This document shows, one piece after another, positions 25,801 through 26,745 of a stretch of 26,745 bases of DNA (the stretch's first letter is position 1; each line of letters begins with the position of its first letter). The position numbers and the translations under genes are program-made. The notes under the pieces were generated by a model. It saw only the letters and a list, made by a program, of their open reading frames with translations. It was not told where the DNA came from and did no database searches. Source of the stretch: a virus (taxonomy: Duplodnaviria > Caudoviricetes); IMG/VR virus record IMGVR_UViG_3300039208_000176, positions 1 to 26,745 of that record; one strand, written 5' to 3'.

Positions 25801-26745
25801 CATCGGTGCTGGTATGTTCTTAGGTGGATTGACGGGGGCAGGCATTGCTGCTGTAGGCGCCGCACTTGCAACAAAGGGTGGTCAACGCGCAATTGCCAAG
25901 TTCACCGAGGCATCGGAGACGGGAACTCGTGTCGAGCTGATGGAGTCAGGCATTCGCCGTGCGCGTGCCCACGGTCTCAATGACGTGGAAGCTACCGCGG
26001 AAGGTGCCTACCACGCGCTGGACTACATGGATTACACAAGGGGCGGTGCGGCAATCGAGGACTGGTTGCGCATTGTCGCGTTCTTCCGGCCGGCAATGGT
26101 CGGCATCGATCGATATTGGCGGTCACTGGCAGCTAAAGGCGATCAGGGCTCGGCGTGGACCGCTCTTATCAAGTACCGCATGCTTGGCGATCAGTCTGAA
26201 GCTTTGACGCCTCGTGAGCAACAGGAGCTTGAGCGCTCTGTGCGCACGCTCTACACAACCACGCTATTGCTCGGTAGTTTCTCAATGCTGGTCTGGGCAA
26301 TCAACCGCGCCACGGACGATGACGAGGAGCTAAACGATGCTGTTCGAGAGATGCGCGCAAAGCATTGGGTCGTTTCGCTCAATGGCCTGACGCACGTCAT
26401 ACCTAAATCCTGGGGTGGCGATATGTTCGAAGACAAGTCGCTTCGAATTCCAAAGCCGTTCGAAGCGACTTGTCTTCGAACATATCGCCACCCCAGGACG
26501 ACATGGCGAAGAATGATCCGCGCTGGGCAGAACACTATGTTATGTCGCTGTGGGAGATCTTTCATCCGCCAATGGAGCCGGCCGCGGCGTCGCTCGGCTA
26601 TGGTCTGGCGACCGGAGTCGATACCCACTTCGGAACGGAAATCACACCGTTCTTCGACCACTCAACCCGATTATCATTGGTATCAAGCGGCCCCCCAAGC
26701 TGTGGCGTCGCATCATCTACAAGCTCAAGCGGCGCCGGCCGAGAC
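19817..26745 (+). CDS. Giant internal virion / polyvalent protein (gp16-like), 3' truncated, with HExxH zincin and LPD38-like C-terminus; not in ORF track
   Basis: ATG 19817 (MSELNPYQQF) overlaps the previous gene's end; I read no stop codon to the window end; HELVH at 23219-23233, DYVPFMR, NIVRD, MDYTRGG and RIPKPFE (26444-26464). Confidence 0.85.
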   Translation, partial: MSELNPYQQFTEEPDRNPEETEARPVPDRDVVPTPERAQRLSLAASMVQDGEEKTRQRAAALADSRKLQHENSRKDEARTKADRNPYWQFSAKRPLERFTKDRDAWSPLVGDEFLKLSPEQKKSELDSLIKSNTTALSDWEARLKKQSEQDATYRNASGGKQHPWMRSNIRTATDRISQLKKELVFYRMVQSGKIEGLDYSAWRNAMNKVPEAFVNTLVSGTLKFAGVVQAAVGSDKKADETAVFEWGKHVESFMKESFPDDPARQFHFTNKLMQGAGSMAAFMGVGFLGAVARLGTKGQLALISVNGGSLEGSSQYEEAKRTLIQAAKDYEKETGSKLKFTQAEAKAMRAAGWGFLLGLSESASFARALGPGGGPLTKGVNQAFEESIQEGPIMTTGSNLIAQQHYDPNRKLNEGVGEAMAIGGILGGKTGILFGFTNSEGKEIQEARLRSGQRFVLDVEPTGDPKKADRENVDIEERKRVEDEKRRVEAETATAVESDTRDPSEPTQPEPETPQAADVARVEISEEDRIDLEKTAEIVGLKEPGATRDEAIARLAEERQKGASLGEEIDPILDKIIAASRNRVEQQDEKATLPETPQSADVRKVDIKEADRKDIDKAAELVGLKKPGDSTDQSIARLAEERQKGASIDPEVDKVLDEVVEKTQTRVNRQNENKVLPEDPQPADVAKVNIKEADRRDLDKAAELAGLKKRGDTSDKSIATLATERSKGATIDPEIDRVLDKVVGVAKGRVDRQNKAKPKPKPKVAQVVNERGLAEVKSYLDILEFVKEGKGTKRPQTLTEFVRDEGGISDAAADLENSNVDENLAPFVKKIAQPGGRSIDEMALNAHQAGFFESRPSVAEFLEAIDEDTRTQSWVRQGDIETLEDFEIREQMRTDLEEVGIRENMTNAQASEAAWAAIRDEFKIREHEEAAGRSARNRETAQRLREQGAVDKLAEYLGNGGQLGWHKLDEIAKSIGVDSDQVQHVLDQGVKDGMLREHNGDYFRARTRPQPALNGAQSVEIRKDIEKRVEEGEIVEINPAAVAQSHLAMRKIGIADDIEAGALAYLQKFEDNGKTLYRGLFETVDGRFFAINVSDLKDLTGLRAGAVIGQRRLVTARLHPIATPIPTIEGEIRHELVHVVFGQIDSGVRDRLLAHAEALGVMDMKFGDFLQIIGDPQADIKDFDNSRTLRSLYQERFNESRDPSIHDAKMAEEALAHMVELTVHGHFTVEQMAPIADDLRAIGEAPGAIDPDDALELAIAGNVRSDTISEAIWENRVAEDAASQDQMMAALGRPSDWLPAFNLRDRNRAPNAVRSLSVILRDLSQAVGVPIRQGRGIRRLFGYNVRTGVSRQQTYYNIHEFSGNLAEALNARQQGEISSIILANQQELGPLGIDDNAEIGFANFVRLYITNPTMARQLAPVTYMQFEGVLDATMPDTLANMQLAQSEIERWNQLEPEAQIESMIVPANRNRPLVERMTELDPAGLLQTLRLRISQYYTNVWDRMHPFWLANRELLRLYQENTGQKLNLTVNENAEKIIRMGRMSHAWAGQDLQEGVRNRFTNEHTGPSLVEALRVALGDVRSEAIDQRQGSRYRRFQSYLVARRARALWDQYQRGERDRPPVSQYAGPVQVQEAIDRLEQRFPSFIQGAELIYQYQNQLLELQMDAGLISEDTYRELLTHVDYVPFMRSFDEDYEQQTNTLGKGVSGIIKRFRGSNRDIVDPLASIAQKTYETRQMIAINDSKRALLELAERAGPAGGAIAERIDATRLEGMRVNVIEALRSAARDLDVDPQDTTALVGLAQQIMGNEAVATQWRNVPIRPGQKPIVWVFENGEPVAMELSHQWLGVTLYQTLQNFGEEHTSLLIKMLAYPSDFIRGTVTSHPEFIGANIVRDGPLSFMYDARMVPLYTQLKGFARAAFGKDEGVQRYAANMGLLGGVQASALDPVRLDRDMEALIEQGYNPVLWREPGEFFDKLFTEWMGYRTTTGQIMAGSAIGAGMFLGGLTGAGIAAVGAALATKGGQRAIAKFTEASETGTRVELMESGIRRARAHGLNDVEATAEGAYHALDYMDYTRGGAAIEDWLRIVAFFRPAMVGIDRYWRSLAAKGDQGSAWTALIKYRMLGDQSEALTPREQQELERSVRTLYTTTLLLGSFSMLVWAINRATDDDEELNDAVREMRAKHWVVSLNGLTHVIPKSWGGDMFEDKSLRIPKPFEATCLRTYRHPRTTWRRMIRAGQNTMLCRCGRSFIRQWSRPRRRSAMVWRPESIPTSERKSHRSSTTQPDYHWYQAAPQAVASHHLQAQAAPAE
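21350..22090 (+). repeat. Three tandem 249-nt (83-aa) repeats in the giant protein
   Basis: Units start at 21350, 21599 and 21848: PE[TD]PQ.ADV..V.I.E.DR.D..K.AE..GLK..G...D..IA.LA.ER.KGA....E.D..LD. Confidence 0.92.

Larger units (their letters stand above)
18..26745 (+). mobile_element. Podovirus-like phage genome fragment (packaging, head, tail and ejection module)
   Basis: Co-oriented TerS-TerL-portal-scaffold-MCP-tubular A/B-internal virion genes; no host genes, integrase or att site in the window. Confidence 0.95.

Noticed and set aside
18-26661. Numerous minus-strand and alternate-frame ORFs in the track (e.g. 2984-3685, 3546-4325, 4934-5629, 20759-21577, 21516-22178)
   Set aside because: They are shadows of well-supported + strand genes in GC-rich DNA, with no recognisable motifs or coupling.
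1-26745. tRNA/rRNA genes, integrase or att sites, phage RNA polymerase promoter repeats, stop-codon reassignment
   Set aside because: None seen by eye; intergenic space is minimal, and TAA, TAG and TGA all terminate credible genes.

Overview
The window is the virion-morphogenesis module of a short-tailed dsDNA phage (podovirus-type, BPP-1/epsilon15/T7-like gene order; host probably a GC-rich proteobacterium, which is inference). All credible genes are on the + strand and most are translationally coupled. Gene order: terminase small and large subunits, three tandem paralogous MGFG...M[ML]Y mini-proteins, portal, small inserted ORFs, Bbp19-like protein, scaffold, major capsid protein, two related decoration-like proteins, tail tubular A and B, gp13-like GNAT, small beta protein, gp14-like ejection protein, two inserted acidic fibre-like genes, gp15-like ejection protein, and a >2200-aa gp16-like polyvalent protein. 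That last gene runs off the end and is absent from the ORF track. Bases 1-17 are a random-amplification primer, and the last ~280 nt look frameshifted or chimeric. The most notable observations are an apparently circularly permuted Zn-amidase (Amidase_3-like) inside the gp15-like protein, the triplicated pre-portal mini-proteins, long lysine-free tracts in virion proteins, and a protein-identical but synonymously scrambled internal duplication. All family assignments come from motif recognition by eye and gene order; no searches were run.
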